A stretch of DNA of 64,000 nt from an uncultured Acidimicrobiia bacterium (GCA_966252305.1 CBINOO010000004.1:27066-91065), one strand, 5' to 3'; shown: positions 48,079-57,117, counted from the first letter of the stretch. Notes: generated from the sequence alone by a model not told the origin. A program made the numbers and translations.

Positions 48079-49251
48079 CTAAGATTTTGACACCAAAACC
48101 TCCGAAGAGTTCCGCGCCAGCGCGCCCGTCAGATCCGCGACCAGGTCGCGTGGGTGTTCGATGCCCGGCGACAGGCGAATCAGCGTGTCCGACAGCCCGA
48201 GCGCCGCCCGGGTCTCCGGCGGAATCGAGGCGTGAGTCATCCGGCACGGCAGGCACACCAGAGACCGCACCCCTCCGAGACTCTCGCCCAGCGCGAAGTA
48301 GGTCAAGGACGACACTAACGCAGCCGCCTCGTCCACCGTTCCGTCCAGTTCAAACGACACCATCCCGCCAAAGCCGGTCATCTGGCGCGCCGCAACCTCG
48401 TGGCCAGGATGCGACGACAGGCCCGGGTAGTAGACCCGCTTGACGCGGGGATGGACGAGCAGCGCATCCGCAATCGCAGCGGCGTTCTGCGCGTGCCGCT
48501 CCATCCGCAGTTCAAGGGTCTTGACGCCGCGTAGTGTCAGCCAGCAGTCAAATGGACTCGGCACGCCACCCAGCGCATTCTGCAGGAAGCCTACGGGCTC
48601 AAACACCGCCGGGTCTTTGGCGATGACCGCGCCCTGAATCACATCGAGATGCCCGGCCAGGTACTTCGTCACGCTCTGAATCACCAGGTCGGCGCCCAGT
48701 GCCAGCGGCTGCTGGAAGTAGGGAGTGGCAAAGGTGTTGTCCACCACGACGATGGATCCGGCTTCGTGCGCGATTCTTGCCACGGCCGAAATGTCGTACA
48801 CCAACAGGCGCGGGTTGGTTGGAGACTCCAGCCAGACCAGTCGCGGCCGGGAGGCCACGGCGTACCGAAGCGCATCGAGATCGCTGAAGTCCACACGCTC
48901 GACGATGGCCCCAAGCGGTTCGAACACCTTGTGCAGCAACCTGAACGTGCCGCCGTACACGTCCACGGGCACAACGATGGTGTCGCCGGGCTTGAGATAG
49001 GCCTGCAGAATCGCATTCTCAGCGGCCAGGCCCGATCCGAACACCGCACACCGCGTGCCGCCCTCGAGATCCGCAAGGACGGCCTCAAGCCGCTTGCGCG
49101 TCGGATTGGACGTGCGCGTGTAGTCGAAGCCTTTGTGTTCGCCCGGCCCCTCCTGCTGATACGTCGTCGTCTGAAAGATGGGAGCCACAACGGCTCCGGT
49201 GTGTGGTTCTGAAGGCTGGCCGGCGTGAATGGTGCGAGTGGCGAATTCCAT
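48079..49251 (-). CDS. Cys/Met-metabolism PLP-dependent enzyme (cystathionine gamma-synthase / gamma-lyase / beta-lyase family)
   Basis: Starts MEFATRTIHAGQ..., followed by SVTKYLAGH (PLP-Lys). Start set at the ATG at 49251. Confidence 0.85.
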   Translation of the reverse strand: MEFATRTIHAGQPSEPHTGAVVAPIFQTTTYQQEGPGEHKGFDYTRTSNPTRKRLEAVLADLEGGTRCAVFGSGLAAENAILQAYLKPGDTIVVPVDVYGGTFRLLHKVFEPLGAIVERVDFSDLDALRYAVASRPRLVWLESPTNPRLLVYDISAVARIAHEAGSIVVVDNTFATPYFQQPLALGADLVIQSVTKYLAGHLDVIQGAVIAKDPAVFEPVGFLQNALGGVPSPFDCWLTLRGVKTLELRMERHAQNAAAIADALLVHPRVKRVYYPGLSSHPGHEVAARQMTGFGGMVSFELDGTVDEAAALVSSLTYFALGESLGGVRSLVCLPCRMTHASIPPETRAALGLSDTLIRLSPGIEHPRDLVADLTGALARNSSEVLVSKS

Positions 49252-49267
49252 GATCGATATCTCCTGG

Positions 49268-49993
49268 TCAGGCAACACGAGTGCCGAAGCTGTCGAAACT
49301 GCGAACGATGAGTGGAAGGTGCGAGCCACGCGCGTGTTCAATCGCCTGGCGCTGCACAAGTGGACATCCGGCGTCGGCCATCGCGATTGCTGTCGCGTAG
49401 TCGAGCCGGTCGATGAGCACGGCATCACGCCGCGTGTGGGGATCCGCCGTGAAGTATCCCGGCACGTCCTTGATCAACTCGCACCGAGCTGCCCCAAGGG
49501 CGGCCGCAAGTGCTACCGCCGACCAGTCGGAGCCGCCTCGCCCCAGTGTCACGATCTGCTGCCGTCGCGTGGCGAGAAAGCCCGGAACCACGACGACGTC
49601 GTGACGCCCGAGGGCTGCGCGAAGCGACAGCGGGTTGAGGACCAGGTGCGCGGCGGCCGTGTCGCTCGCGCCATCTGCGCGAAGGCCGGTTTCGTGGACG
49701 TTGAGCCCAACGGCCGTGACACCCGCCGAACGCAGCGCCAGCGTCAGCAGCGCCACTGACCGGAGTTCACCGGTAGACCACAGCAAGTCCAGCGCATCCG
49801 TATCGGGTTCGACAGTCAACGCTGCCGCATCCTCGCGCAGCCGGTCCGTGTGGCCCTCCTGCGCAGACACGACCGCTACGATGCCGGTGCGGGTACGGGC
49901 GACTTCGTCCCTGAGGAATCGCGCGGCGACGGAATACGCGTCCAGATCCGTGAGGACCGAACCTCCAAGCTTCAGTACAGCGACCTCAGCCAT
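49268..49993 (-). CDS. aspartokinase-like amino-acid kinase, catalytic domain only (no ACT domains)
   Basis: Contains MAEVAVLKLGGSVL..., GRGGSDWSAVALAAALGAARCELIKDVPGYFTADP and ...LIVRSF. Only 241 aa, ending 16 nt before the next gene. Confidence 0.7.
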   Translation of the reverse strand: MAEVAVLKLGGSVLTDLDAYSVAARFLRDEVARTRTGIVAVVSAQEGHTDRLREDAAALTVEPDTDALDLLWSTGELRSVALLTLALRSAGVTAVGLNVHETGLRADGASDTAAAHLVLNPLSLRAALGRHDVVVVPGFLATRRQQIVTLGRGGSDWSAVALAAALGAARCELIKDVPGYFTADPHTRRDAVLIDRLDYATAIAMADAGCPLVQRQAIEHARGSHLPLIVRSFDSFGTRVA

Positions 49994-51266
49994 GGGCCAC
50001 CTCATCAAGCACGGGACACCACGTCGTCTGCGCGCCGCTGGCAGCAAGCGCATCAGTAGCGTCGCGCACCACTGCAACAGGTGCGTCCGCGGTCACTGCG
50101 GCAAATCGGCGGCGCTCGCCGACGATGGCGATCGCGGGCAGTGCATGCGAAGCAAGAAACTGCGCGAGCTCTGCGGCGCTCGCAGAATCGGCAGTGTCGG
50201 GCCCCCAGTCCACCGTGATGAACCATCGACCGGTCGGGGGCGTGCGCAGGACGTGGCTCCGGCCCGATCCGGTCGGTCCGGGCGGTGCATGACGATTTCC
50301 CCGCACGACCTCGACGACGTCGTCGAGTACGGAGGCCGCCGTGACATCGGGGCCGGCGCCCGGGCCGGAGAACGTCACCGCGTCATCGCCGGCACCGACG
50401 GTGAGCGCATTGGTGACACCGGTGAGTCGTGTGAAGGCGTGGGCGGAGGGCACGAGCACGGGGCCGACCCAGGCGCCTGCAGACGGACCGCCGAGGTAGG
50501 CGAGCGCGACGGGTTTGATCTGCGCGTTGAACTGACGCGCGCAGGCGAGCTGCCAGGGCTCGAGGTCCACAATCGTGCGGCGCGGCAGGTCATCGACGCG
50601 CACGTCCGTCCAACCCGCGAGGTGCAGCAGGATGGTGAGTTTCTCCGCGGCATCGCGTCCGCTCACGTCGTTGTCGTTGCCAGGCTCCGCGTAGCCACGC
50701 GCCGTGGCTTCTCGAAGCGCCTCGGAGAAGGGGACGCCTTTTGAGAGCTGTGTGAGCAGGTAGTGTGACGTGCCGTTGAGGATGCCGACAAATGCCCGCC
50801 TCCCTGAGGCGAGTGGGCGGCGCGCGAGGGTATTCACACACGGCACCCCTGCGAGGACGGCGGCCTCGAAATAGAGGACGGTGCCGTTCGCCGCGGCCAA
50901 CTGCTGCAACTCGGGCCCGTGCGCCGCGATCAGCGACTTGTTGGCGGTGACCACCGGGATGCCGCGCGACAGCGCGTGCGCCACCAGGGCTCTGGCAGGC
51001 TCGACACCGCCCAGCGCCTCGACGACAACGTCGCAGCGATCAAACGGGAATGTCTCTTCCTCTGAGAACAGCGGAATGTTCGGCGCGACCCGTGGCTTGT
51101 CGACATCCCGCACGAGGGCCGCCACACACTTGACCAGCAGCCCCGCGTCGGCGAGGCGGGCACTTGAGGCCGTAGCGCCGCGGGCGACGGCCTGTCCGAC
51201 TCCTCCCAATCCCAGCAGTCCCACGCGCACGACCGTGAGCGCGGCTTCAGTCGTCACTCCAGACAC
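49986..51266 (-). CDS. hom: homoserine dehydrogenase
   Basis: Contains VVRVGLLGLGGVGQAV (NAD site), ...VVTANK and GILNGTSHYLL, with a C-terminal ACT-like region. The start is uncertain: GTG at 51266 or 51257 after GGGAAGGGGGA. The ORF is open to 51332. Confidence 0.85.
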   Translation of the reverse strand: MSGVTTEAALTVVRVGLLGLGGVGQAVARGATASSARLADAGLLVKCVAALVRDVDKPRVAPNIPLFSEEETFPFDRCDVVVEALGGVEPARALVAHALSRGIPVVTANKSLIAAHGPELQQLAAANGTVLYFEAAVLAGVPCVNTLARRPLASGRRAFVGILNGTSHYLLTQLSKGVPFSEALREATARGYAEPGNDNDVSGRDAAEKLTILLHLAGWTDVRVDDLPRRTIVDLEPWQLACARQFNAQIKPVALAYLGGPSAGAWVGPVLVPSAHAFTRLTGVTNALTVGAGDDAVTFSGPGAGPDVTAASVLDDVVEVVRGNRHAPPGPTGSGRSHVLRTPPTGRWFITVDWGPDTADSASAAELAQFLASHALPAIAIVGERRRFAAVTADAPVAVVRDATDALAASGAQTTWCPVLDEVAHG

Positions 51267-51399
51267 ACGTCCCCCTTCCCCGCGGAGACCTCGTCGAACA
51301 ATTCGAGAGGCACGCGCAGGCGTTGGCTTCACGCGACGGTTACCAGACCAGTTCGAACGAGTGGGTGGTGCCTGACCACGCGCAGGACGCGACGTGGAC

Positions 51400-51505
51400 T
51401 CGTTTATCTCCCCCGGTCACGGGCAGGAATTAGCACCTGGGCGTTGTCGCCTGGTTGCTGTGGCATCGTCGGGCCTGTTCCCTCCGCCACTCGCGATAAA
51501 GGCCT
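51400..51505 (-). ncRNA. SAM-I (S-box) riboswitch aptamer
   Basis: The minus strand reads CUUUAUCGCGAGUGGCGGAGGGAACAGGCCCGACGAUGCCACAGCAACCAGGCGACAACGCCCAGGUGCUAAUUCCUGCCCGUGACCGGGGGAGAUAAA. All hallmark blocks are present: P1 UUAUC..GAUAA, GGAGGGA, GGCCCGA, GCAACC and GGUGCUAAUUCC. Confidence 0.85.
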
Positions 51506-51526
51506 GTGCACGCACAGGCAAGGAGG

Positions 51527-51556
51527 AGTCTACGATCTGTAATCCACGAATGTCAA
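51527..51556 (-). promoter_or_regulatory. candidate sigma-70 promoter for the riboswitch/hom operon (TTGACA-18 nt-TAGACT)
   Basis: On the minus strand, TTGACA lies at 51556-51551 and TAGACT at 51532-51527, about 25 nt upstream of the aptamer P1. Confidence 0.4.
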
Positions 51557-51566
51557 TACGTAGATT

Positions 51567-52724
51567 CTATTTGTGCCGAAGACGAAGGAACAGGTGCGCG
51601 GAGAACGGCATGCCGTACGCGTCGCGCAGGTTGTGCGGTGTTCGATGCAGCGTGAGATCCGATCCAACGGCGAGGCTCGAACCTGCACGCTGCCAGACCG
51701 TGCGATCCGCGCCGACCAGCCACGCGCCGATGCGCGACCGCAGGTGGCGTTCCTGTCCCGTGCGCTGCGCATGGGCAAAGTCGACGAGGATGAAGCGGTC
51801 AACCACCTCACCTCGTGTGTAAACCGACCACCGACGACCCAGCGGGTGAACGGCTTCGACGAGCCATCCCCACTCTGCGTGGTCGGCGTGGCCGTTGCGC
51901 CCGACGGCAACCGTGACGGCGCTGCGCGAGGCCGCCTGCCACTCGAACGAAGCGGTGAGGCGAGTCACGTCGCCCGGCTCGAGCACATCAGGATTGCTCA
52001 GCCGCGCGACCGACGCCTGCGTGAGGACGGTGGATGTGCGATGGCTGATCCGGCTGGACCACGAGTCGAGCGGCCCCATGTCGATCCTGACGCGGTCGTC
52101 GTCCGGCTCCCGTCCGTGAAACGACGACGCTTCCCACTGCCAGGGGCCGTGCGTGAGACCGGCCGTCACCACGCCGTGAGTGATGTGTGTGGCGTCAAGC
52201 GTGTGATGCGCCAGCGGCGCGATGGAGTGCGGAGCCGCGCTCGCGCGGTGCATGAACGGGGTGGGCCCAAGTGCGGGACTGGCGACGGCGCCTCCGTCGA
52301 TGAACAACGTCCAGGCTCCAGCCGTTCGTGTGATGCGTCCACCAAGCGCCATGACGAGGTCGTGTGGATGTTGGTAGTCGCGCAGCGGCAGTCCGTCGAG
52401 GTATTCCCCGGATTGGAACACCTGAGCCGACCCGAGACGACGGAGGGTGAACGGCTCAAGCGTGGCCATGGCGTGGAGTGACACTCGCCACCGCGGCGTA
52501 GCCCGTGTGAGCATGGCCATGCCCCAGTTCTGCGATTCGATCTGATGGAAGTCGGTGAACTTGCGCACCTGCATGTTCAGGTTGAGGAATGCCTGGCCGG
52601 AAAGCTGGAGGTTCCAGCCGTTTTCGTCAGGCGGAGCGGCGGTGTGCAGGTGTTGCGCGGCAGCCGAGGTTGCGAGGACCAGGGCCGGGATGAGAGCGGA
52701 GAGCGTTACTGCGCGTTTCGCCAC
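51567..52724 (-). CDS. hypothetical exported His-rich protein (possible outer-membrane beta-barrel)
   Basis: Signal peptide MAKRAVTLSALIPALVLATSAAA is present. Alternating beta-strand-like pattern, with HxH/HPHD/HHT motifs. No family recognised. Confidence 0.55.
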   Translation of the reverse strand: MAKRAVTLSALIPALVLATSAAAQHLHTAAPPDENGWNLQLSGQAFLNLNMQVRKFTDFHQIESQNWGMAMLTRATPRWRVSLHAMATLEPFTLRRLGSAQVFQSGEYLDGLPLRDYQHPHDLVMALGGRITRTAGAWTLFIDGGAVASPALGPTPFMHRASAAPHSIAPLAHHTLDATHITHGVVTAGLTHGPWQWEASSFHGREPDDDRVRIDMGPLDSWSSRISHRTSTVLTQASVARLSNPDVLEPGDVTRLTASFEWQAASRSAVTVAVGRNGHADHAEWGWLVEAVHPLGRRWSVYTRGEVVDRFILVDFAHAQRTGQERHLRSRIGAWLVGADRTVWQRAGSSLAVGSDLTLHRTPHNLRDAYGMPFSAHLFLRLRHK

Positions 52725-52927
52725 AGCACGAAGCCGATGATGGCTCCGGTCACCGCAAACAGCACGAAGGCAAGAAACTTCATGGCCGGGCGCCGGGTCG
52801 CACTCTTGAGCGCCAGGAGTCCGGCGGCCATGGAGAGCAGGCCCACGCCTTCCAGGACGGCGCCGGTCGTGATGCGGTAGAGGCCAGCGGCCACGGCGAG
52901 CAGGATGATGAGGGTGCGCGAGATCAT
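52706..52927 (-). CDS. small hydrophobic membrane protein (73 aa)
   Basis: Three hydrophobic segments. The 3' end overlaps the downstream gene start by 19 nt. Confidence 0.45.
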   Translation of the reverse strand: MISRTLIILLAVAAGLYRITTGAVLEGVGLLSMAAGLLALKSATRRPAMKFLAFVLFAVTGAIIGFVLWRNAQ

Positions 52928-52942
52928 CGCGTCCCGATCATA

Positions 52943-52987
52943 CGAAAAACGCCGGTGCCGGGAGGACGTGGACTCCCGACACCGGCG
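52943..52987 (-). terminator. intrinsic terminator downstream of the fasciclin gene
   Basis: The minus strand reads CGCCGGUGUCGGGAG-UCCACGU-CUCCCGGCACCGGCG followed by UUUUUCGU. The stem is 15 bp with one G-U/mismatch. Confidence 0.75.
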
Positions 52988-53006
52988 GTTGTGCGTGCGC
53001 GTGTGA

Positions 53007-53507
53007 CTAGCGCGGCAGGATGACCGTGTCGATCACGTGGATGACGCCGTTGGAGGCCGCCACGTCCGTCTTCACGACCTTGGCGCCGTCCACCATGACG
53101 GTGTTGCCGTTGACGGAGATCTTCACCGACTGGCCGTTGACCGTCTTGGCTTCCTTGCCGTTCATCGTGACGACCTGCGAGGCCATGACCTTGCCGGGCA
53201 CCACGTGGTAGGTGAGGATGGCCGTCAGCTTGGCCTTGTTCTCCGGCTTGAGCAGATCCTCAACCGTGCCCTTCGGCAGCTTGGCAAACGCCTCGTCGGT
53301 CGGGGCGAAAACCGTGAACGGACCGGCGCCCTTCAGCGTGTCCACCAGGCCGGCTGCCTGGAGGGCCGCCGCCAGGGTCTTGAACGAACCGGCCGCGACG
53401 GCCGTGTCAACGATGTCCTTGGGTGCCTGAGCCTTGACGGTCGAACCGGCCACCAGGGCCACGGCCGCGACCGCGGCCAGCGTGAAACGAATGAACTGAG
53501 TCTTCAT
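53007..53507 (-). CDS. fasciclin (FAS1) domain protein, exported
   Basis: Signal peptide is present. The [15 protein letters not shown] and [11 protein letters not shown] motifs are present. Confidence 0.9.
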   Translation of the reverse strand: MKTQFIRFTLAAVAAVALVAGSTVKAQAPKDIVDTAVAAGSFKTLAAALQAAGLVDTLKGAGPFTVFAPTDEAFAKLPKGTVEDLLKPENKAKLTAILTYHVVPGKVMASQVVTMNGKEAKTVNGQSVKISVNGNTVMVDGAKVVKTDVAASNGVIHVIDTVILPR

Positions 53508-53604
53508 GTGCTATCTCCTGTGTGCTTTCCGAATTGAGTCGTTGTGGTCTCGACGTTGCGAGTCGTTACCGTTTCATCGTAGAGTAAATACGTTTGATTG
53601 AAGA

Positions 53605-53636
53605 GCAATTGATTGCTTTGCGAGCAATTCAGTTGC
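53605..53636. promoter_or_regulatory. two GCAAT/ATTGC-type inverted repeats in the AT-rich divergent spacer (candidate operators)
   Basis: gcaattgattgc lies at 53605-53616 and gcaattcagttgc at 53624-53636, between the fasciclin gene (-) and the XRE-cupin gene (+). Confidence 0.3.
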
Positions 53637-53690
53637 ACAGAGAGAAAACAAATGGACGTTCGATGATTCGAAAGAAAACGAGGTGCATCC

Positions 53691-54278
53691 GTGCTGTCGG
53701 CAACCCTGACCGAAGGCCTTGAGCGGTACGAAATCGGGCCCAAACTGCGCGCCCTGCGATTGAAAAAGAAGATGGGCCTTGTTCAGCTCGGCAAACACAC
53801 GGGGCTGTCACCGGCCCTGTTGTCGAAGGTCGAACGGGGAAAGCTGTTCCCGACGCTGCCGACGCTGCTGCGGATTTCACTCGTGTTTGGCGTCGGGCTC
53901 GAACACTTCTTTTCAGAGGCGCGCGAGAAACCCGTGGTCGCCGTCGTGCGCCGCAGCGAGCGGGTCCGACTGCCTGAGAAGATGGACGGCGAACCAAGCG
54001 CCTACGCGTTCGAGTGCCTCGACTACCCGGCGACCGAGCGCAAGATGAACGCGTACTTCGTGGAATTTGAGCCCGCCGGCAAGGACCCGTTTGTCCCGCA
54101 TCAACACGGCGGCGCCGAGGTGCTGTACATCATCCGCGGCAAGGTGGCGATCAACTACGAGGGCGAGGACCACGTGCTGAGCGAGGGCGACTCCATGTAT
54201 TTCGACTCCAGCCGCCCACACAGCTACACCCGCCAGGGCCCCCTCCCCTGCACCGCTATCGTCGTCACCACCCCCTGA
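53691..54278 (+). CDS. XRE-family HTH transcriptional regulator with C-terminal cupin domain
   Basis: HTH_3 region is IGPKLRALRLKKKMGLVQLGKHTGLSPALLSKVERG. Cupin region is HQHGGAEVLYIIRGKV...GDSMYFDSSRPH. GTG start. Confidence 0.85.
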   Translation: MLSATLTEGLERYEIGPKLRALRLKKKMGLVQLGKHTGLSPALLSKVERGKLFPTLPTLLRISLVFGVGLEHFFSEAREKPVVAVVRRSERVRLPEKMDGEPSAYAFECLDYPATERKMNAYFVEFEPAGKDPFVPHQHGGAEVLYIIRGKVAINYEGEDHVLSEGDSMYFDSSRPHSYTRQGPLPCTAIVVTTP

Positions 54279-54279
54279 A

Positions 54280-54411
54280 AAAGACGTCGGGTGGCTTTTT
54301 TGACAAAAAAGACGTCGGGTGGCCTTTTTTCTGCCTGTTTTCGCTAGGAATTCCGTGACTTCGTAAAGACGTCGGGTGGCTTTTCCCTCAAAAAAGCCAC
54401 CCGACGTCTTT
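54280..54411. repeat. four copies of a 20-nt element AAAGACGTCGGGTGGC(C)TTTT (three direct, one inverted)
   Basis: Direct copies lie at 54280-54299, 54308-54328 and 54365-54384. The inverted copy lies at 54392-54411. Confidence 0.9.
54365..54411. terminator. perfect 20-bp hairpin, probable bidirectional terminator between the XRE-cupin gene and ada
   Basis: The sequence is aaagacgtcgggtggctttt-ccctcaa-aaaagccacccgacgtcttt, with A/T runs on both flanks. The ada stop is at 54412-54414. Confidence 0.7.
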
Positions 54412-55485
54412 TTAGCGGGCTCTTTCCAGGTGCAGGAGGCGGCGCTTGCGCCACAGGCCGCCTCCGTAGCCGCCGAGGTCGCCGTTCTTGTTCACCACGC
54501 GGTGGCAGGGAATGACAATCGCAATGCGGTTGAGACCGTTGGCGCGCCCGACCGCGCGCACGGCGTTGCGGTTGCCCAGCAACACCGCGATGTCTTCGTA
54601 CGACCGCGTCTCGCCGTACGGAATCTTCAGCAATTCGGCCCACACCTTCTCTTCAAACGGACTTCCGGGCGCAACCACGGGCACCGAGAAGTTCTGGACC
54701 GTTCCGGCGAAATATCCATCCAGCTCGGTCTTCAGCGTCTCCAGATGTTCGTGCGGCGCGGGAACCAGCGGGCGATTGAACCGCTTTCGCACCGCCTCGA
54801 ACTGAGCCTCGAGCATCCGGCGATCAGTGAACTCCAGCAACGTCACGCCGGCATCCGTAGCTCCGGCAACCATGGGGCCGACGGGCGTGTCCATCCATCC
54901 GACATGCACCGCGTCGGCTTCGGAGGCCTGTCCCGGTGCGGTGCCGAACACGCGCGCGAACGCATCGCGGAAGCCACTGTGGCTCTCATACCCGGCATCA
55001 AACACCGCGTCGTCCACCGCGCCGCCGTGTTTGATGACGTCGAGCGCGGCCGCCAGACGGCGGGCGCGGCAATACGCCTGGAAGGTGAGTCCGTAACGCG
55101 ACGCGAAATAGCGCCGCACGCGCGCGGGCTCAAGCCCCATCGCCGCCAGGTCCGCATCCTTCACGCGGTCTCCCGGCGCGGATTCGATTCGCGCGATCAC
55201 CTGCCTCACCCAGTCCGGATGGTCATCGTCGCCATCCAGCGGCCGGCAGCGCAGGCAGGCACGGTACCCGGCGAACATCGCATCCTTCACGGTGCCGAAG
55301 AACTCGACATTCTCGGGTTTGGGCTTCCGCGCTGAACATGACGGGCGGCAGAAGATCCCCGTGGTCTTGACGGCCAGGTAGAAGACGCCGTCGTAGGACG
55401 CGTCGCTCTTGAGGTAGGCGCGCTCCATCTCGGGCCGCGACGGCAGCGGCAGCGAATCCAGCAGGGGGAAGTCGGCGGTCATCAT
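54412..55485 (-). CDS. ada: bifunctional Ada: methylphosphotriester-DNA methyltransferase/AraC-type regulator plus O6-methylguanine-DNA methyltransferase
   Basis: Ada zinc domain is FYLAVKTTGIFCRPSCSARKP...RACLRCRP. An AraC HTH follows. The C-terminal MGMT domain has IVIPCHRVV. Confidence 0.9.
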   Translation of the reverse strand: MMTADFPLLDSLPLPSRPEMERAYLKSDASYDGVFYLAVKTTGIFCRPSCSARKPKPENVEFFGTVKDAMFAGYRACLRCRPLDGDDDHPDWVRQVIARIESAPGDRVKDADLAAMGLEPARVRRYFASRYGLTFQAYCRARRLAAALDVIKHGGAVDDAVFDAGYESHSGFRDAFARVFGTAPGQASEADAVHVGWMDTPVGPMVAGATDAGVTLLEFTDRRMLEAQFEAVRKRFNRPLVPAPHEHLETLKTELDGYFAGTVQNFSVPVVAPGSPFEEKVWAELLKIPYGETRSYEDIAVLLGNRNAVRAVGRANGLNRIAIVIPCHRVVNKNGDLGGYGGGLWRKRRLLHLERAR

Positions 55486-55564
55486 GAGCCGGATTGTGCC
55501 CGGGTTACAGAATCATCATCCACCGGAAACTGGACACGCAATTCCAGACGGCTAAGATCGCGGC

Positions 55565-57106
55565 GTGCCCTCCCGTTCCCTCACCCGCAGACAGTTTGGC
55601 CATCGGCTCGCCGGCCTCGTGGCAGCAGCCCCTCTTGCCCCGGCGTTCATTCGCACGGCGCAACAGCGCCCAGGCATTCCCAGCGGCGTCATGAGCGGCG
55701 ACGTCATCGGCTCCTCCGCAGTCATCTGGAGCCGTTCGGACCGGCCTGCCACCATGCACGTCGAATACGCGACCACATCCGCGTTCACGAACGCGCGGCG
55801 CCTCGTGGGCCCCACGGCACTGGGCGACACGGACTTCGCGGTCAAGGCGACACTGACCGATCTGCCGGCCGGTGAGGAGGTCTTCTATCGCGTCCAATTC
55901 GCCGACCTGGCGAATCCGCGCATCCTCTCCGAGCCGGTCTCCGGCCACCTGCGCACGCCACCTCGCGATCGCAGGTCGGTGTCGTTTGTCTGGTCCGGCG
56001 ACACCGTCGGTCAAGGCTGGGGCATCGACGCTTCACGCGGGGGCATGCGGACATACGCCGCCATGCGCGCACTCAACCCGGACTTCTTCGTCCACTCCGG
56101 CGACACCATCTACGCCGACGGCCCACTGGTCTCCGAGGTGAAGCTGGACGATGGGTCGTTGTGGCGCAACGAGATGACGCCGGAGAAGTCGAAGGTCGCA
56201 GAGACCATTGCGGAGTTCCGGGGCAATCATCTCTACAACCTGCGCGACGCCCACTTCCGCCAGCTGCACGCCGAGGTGCCGACGTACTTCCAGTGGGACG
56301 ATCACGAGACCATCAACAACTGGTACCCAGGCGAAATGCTCGAGGATTCCCGCTACCAAGTGCGCGATGTCTCACTGCTCGCGGCTCGCGCCCGTCGCGC
56401 CTTCTTTGAATGCCTGCCGATTCGTCCCCATCAGTCGGAGCAGGTCTTCCGCGTCGTCAACTACGGCCCGTTGCTCGACCTGTTCATCCTCGACATGCGG
56501 ACTTATCGCGGACCAAACACGACCAACCGCCAGACGGAGGCCGGTCCCGAAACGGCCATCCTCGGACGCGAACAACTCGACGCGCTGAAAGCCGCGCTCT
56601 CGGCCAGTCGCGCAACGTGGAAAATCATCTGCAGCGACATGCCGATTGGGCTTGTCGTGGGTGACGGATCGAACTTCGAGGCGGTCGCCAACGGCGATGC
56701 CGGACGTCCCCTCGGCCGCGAACACGAAATCGCGGAACTGCTGCGGCACATGCGTGATGCGCGTGTGCGGAACGTCGCGTGGATTACGGCAGACGTGCAT
56801 CACTGCTCGTCGATTCACTACGACCCGGCGCGCGCGACCTTAAAGGACTTCGATCCGTTCTGGGAGTTCGTGAGTGGCCCACTGCACGCGGGCACCTTCA
56901 GCCCGCCGCCGCTGGACTCGACATTCGGCCCCGAAACACGCTTCCTCGGAATCCCGGCAGGCATGAAGCCAAACCGGCCGCCGTCAGAGGACTTCCAGTT
57001 TTTCGGAAGGATGCAGATCGACGGGGAATCCGGCGCATTGACTGTGGAGCACTGGAACGCCGCCGGGCAGCGCCTGTGGACGGTGGCCCTGGAGGCGGAG
57101 CGCTGA
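55565..57106 (+). CDS. phoD: PhoD-family alkaline phosphatase/phosphodiesterase, TAT-exported
   Basis: Twin-arginine signal SLTRRQFGHRLAGLVAAAPLA is present. Metallophosphatase motifs are FVHSGDTIYAD, WDDHE and TADVHH. GTG start. Confidence 0.85.
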   Translation: MPSRSLTRRQFGHRLAGLVAAAPLAPAFIRTAQQRPGIPSGVMSGDVIGSSAVIWSRSDRPATMHVEYATTSAFTNARRLVGPTALGDTDFAVKATLTDLPAGEEVFYRVQFADLANPRILSEPVSGHLRTPPRDRRSVSFVWSGDTVGQGWGIDASRGGMRTYAAMRALNPDFFVHSGDTIYADGPLVSEVKLDDGSLWRNEMTPEKSKVAETIAEFRGNHLYNLRDAHFRQLHAEVPTYFQWDDHETINNWYPGEMLEDSRYQVRDVSLLAARARRAFFECLPIRPHQSEQVFRVVNYGPLLDLFILDMRTYRGPNTTNRQTEAGPETAILGREQLDALKAALSASRATWKIICSDMPIGLVVGDGSNFEAVANGDAGRPLGREHEIAELLRHMRDARVRNVAWITADVHHCSSIHYDPARATLKDFDPFWEFVSGPLHAGTFSPPPLDSTFGPETRFLGIPAGMKPNRPPSEDFQFFGRMQIDGESGALTVEHWNAAGQRLWTVALEAER

Positions 57107-57117
57107 CGCGGCAGCGT

